From Mobula hypostoma (Eukaryota), in the NCBI RefSeq assembly GCF_963921235.1, contig NC_086097.1, forward strand, positions 97,590,001-97,654,000: DNA of 64,000 nucleotides, read 5' to 3'. Each line of letters opens with the position of its first letter. The stretch's first letter is position 1. Shown piece after piece: positions 61,735 to 64,000 of the stretch. Under the pieces are notes generated by a model that did no database searches, was not told where the DNA came from, and was given only the letters and a program-made list of their open reading frames with translations. The position numbers and the translations under genes are program-made.

Positions 61735-62997
61735 AAGAATGAACTCCTGCCTCAGCAAGGATCTGGACTGACTGTAATTTGCCTATCGCCACAATAGGTC
61801 AACGGCAGACACGATCTCAATGGCTCTTCACGTGGCCTTAGATCACCTGGACAATACAAACACCTATGTCAGGGTGCTGTTCATTGACACCATCATTCCT
61901 ACAGTCCTAATCAATAAGCTATAGAGCCTGGGCCTCTGTACCTCCCTCTGCCATTGGATCCTCAACCTCCTAACCGGAAGACCACAATCTGTGCAGATCG
62001 GTGATAATATCTCCTCAGTGTTGACAATCAGCACCGGCGCAGCTAGGGTGTGTGCTCTGCTCCTGACTGTCTGGTTAGCTAAAGCTCAAATACCATCCAC
62101 AAATTTGCTAATGATACAACCAGTGAGTCTCAGACATAGATGAAAGCACATACAGGAGTGAGATATACCAGCTGGTTGAGTGGTGTCACAGCAACAACCT
62201 TGCACTCAATATCAGTAAGACAAAAGAGCTGATTGTGGGCTTCAGGAAGAGTAAGACGAGGGGACACGAACCAATCCTCATGGAAGGATGAGAAGTGAAG
62301 AGAGTGAGCAATTTCAAGCTCCTGGGTGTCAGTATCTCTGAGAATCTAACCTAGTCCCAACATATCCACGCAGCAATGAAGAAGGCAAGACAGCAGCTAT
62401 ACTTTTTTTTAGGAGTTTGAAGACAATTGGTTTGTTACTTAAAACACTCGAAAACCTCTATAGATGTACCATGGAGAGCATTCTGACAGGCTGCATCACT
62501 GTCTGGAATGGTGTGGGTGTGGGGGAGGGGCGCTACTGCACAGGGCTGAAAGAAGCTATCGAAAGTTGTAAAATTAGTCAGTTCCATCTTGGGTACTAGC
62601 CTCCATAGTGCCCAAGGCATCTTCAAGGAACGGTGCCTCAGAAAGGTGACATCCATTATTAAGGATCCCCATCACCCAGGACATGCCCTCTTCTCTTTGT
62701 TACTGTCACGAAGGAGGTAAGAAACCTGAAGGCGCACACTCAGCGATTCAGGATCAGCTTCTTCCCCTCTGCCATCCAATTCCTAAATGGACATTGAACC
62801 CATGAACACAACCTCACTTTTACATATTATTTCTGTTTTTGCATTATTTTTAATGTACTTAATATACATAAATATACTTACAGTAATTAATTGATTCATT
62901 TTTTCTATATTATCATGTATTGCATTGTACTGCTGCTGCTAAGTTAACAAATTTCAGGAAATATGCCAATGATAATAAACCTGATTTTGAATTCTGA
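61735..62997 (+). mobile_element. Rex1/Babar-type LINE RT and 3' UTR
   Basis: [21 protein letters not shown] and MESILTGCITVW; aataaacctgatt tail. Confidence 0.82.
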
Positions 62998-63046
62998 ATG
63001 TAGCTGCAGTAAATTCAAATTTACTAATAGTTTACAAATTTAATAA

Positions 63047-64000
63047 TCTCAGGATGAGGCTTTTCATTCCAGAATGAAGGAGATGGCCTCCTTTTTCAAA
63101 GAAAGAGGCTTTCCTTCCTCCACCATCAATGCTGCCCTCAACCTCTTCCATTTCATGCACGTCTGCTCTCACCCCATCCTCCTGCCACTCTAACAGGGAT
63201 AGGGTTCTTCTTGTCCTCACCTACCATCCCACCAACCTCCACATCCAGCACATAATTCTCCAGAACATCCGCCATCTCTAATGGGATCCCACCACCAACC
63301 ACATCTTTCCCTCACCACCCTCCCATGTTCTGCTTTCCACAGGGATCCCTCCCTATGCGACTCCCTTGTCCATTTGTGCCCCCTGGCACTAATACTTGCA
63401 AGTGGAACAAGTGCTACACCTCACTTACCATTCATGGCCCCAAAGAGTCCTTCCAGGTGAGGCGACACTTTAGTCTTTTGGGATCATCTTCTGTATTCGG
63501 TGTAACCTGAGTGGCCTCCTGTGTATCGGTGAGACCCGACGTAGATTGGGAGACCACTTCGAGCATCTATGCTCCATCCGCCAGAACAAGTGCGATCTCC
63601 CAGCAGCCACCCATTTTAATTCCACTTCCCATTCCCATCCCAGTCTGTCAATCCATGGCCTCCTCTACTGTCACGTTAAGGCCACAGTCAGGTTGGAGGA
63701 ACAATACCTTATATTCTGTCTGGGTAGCCTCCAACCTGATGGCGTGAACATCGATTTCTCCAACTTCCGATAATATCCTCCCCCCAACCATTCCCCATCC
63801 CCTTTTCCCTCTCTCGCCTTATCTCCTTGCCAGCCCATCACCTCCCTCTGGTGCTCCTCCCCCTTTTCTTTCTTCTATGGCCTTCTGTCCTCTCCTGTTG
63901 GATTCCTCCTTCTCCACATCTCCCTGTTTCACCAATCAACTTCCTAGGTCTTTACTTCTCCCCTCGCCCTCCCTCTTTCACCTTCACCTTGTGTTTCTCC
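63047..64000 (+). mobile_element. Penelope-like element 3' part (runs off the window)
   Basis: Homologous to 19000-19990: MASFFKERGFPSSTIN, LVLTYHP, CIGETR and LEEQYLIFCLGSLQPDGVNIDF. Confidence 0.88.

Noticed and set aside
1..64000. CRISPR array, retron or other prokaryotic RT system
   Set aside because: The sequence is eukaryotic with spliceosomal exons. All RTs belong to CR1, Rex1, Penelope, Nimb, Gypsy or BEL elements, and no repeat-spacer array is present.

Overview
Vertebrate genomic DNA, most likely a cartilaginous fish (inferred from the CR1/Penelope/Rex1-dominated repeat landscape). Two host genes lie on the + strand: the last five coding exons of TMEM87A (6014-9271) and the CpG-island promoter plus coding exons 1-3 of VPS39 (43647-61076), with a non-canonical GC donor after exon 2. 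Most of the remaining sequence is transposable elements. These include a 13 kb BEL/Pao LTR element carrying nested Penelope, hAT (itself holding a CR1), CR1 and solo-LTR insertions; a decayed Gypsy element holding a young CR1 with an uninterrupted ORF2; an internally deleted CR1 with an RT-only ORF; Penelope-derived hairpins with minimal hammerhead ribozyme cores; a non-autonomous Helitron; a Tigger4/Zombi-like element; and many Rex1-type and CR1 fragments. There is also a recent 299 bp inverted duplication. No rRNA, tRNA or CRISPR array is visible. I see no clear wholly new biological system; the best leads concern retroelement mechanism. Family and gene assignments rest on motif recognition from memory, not on database searches.
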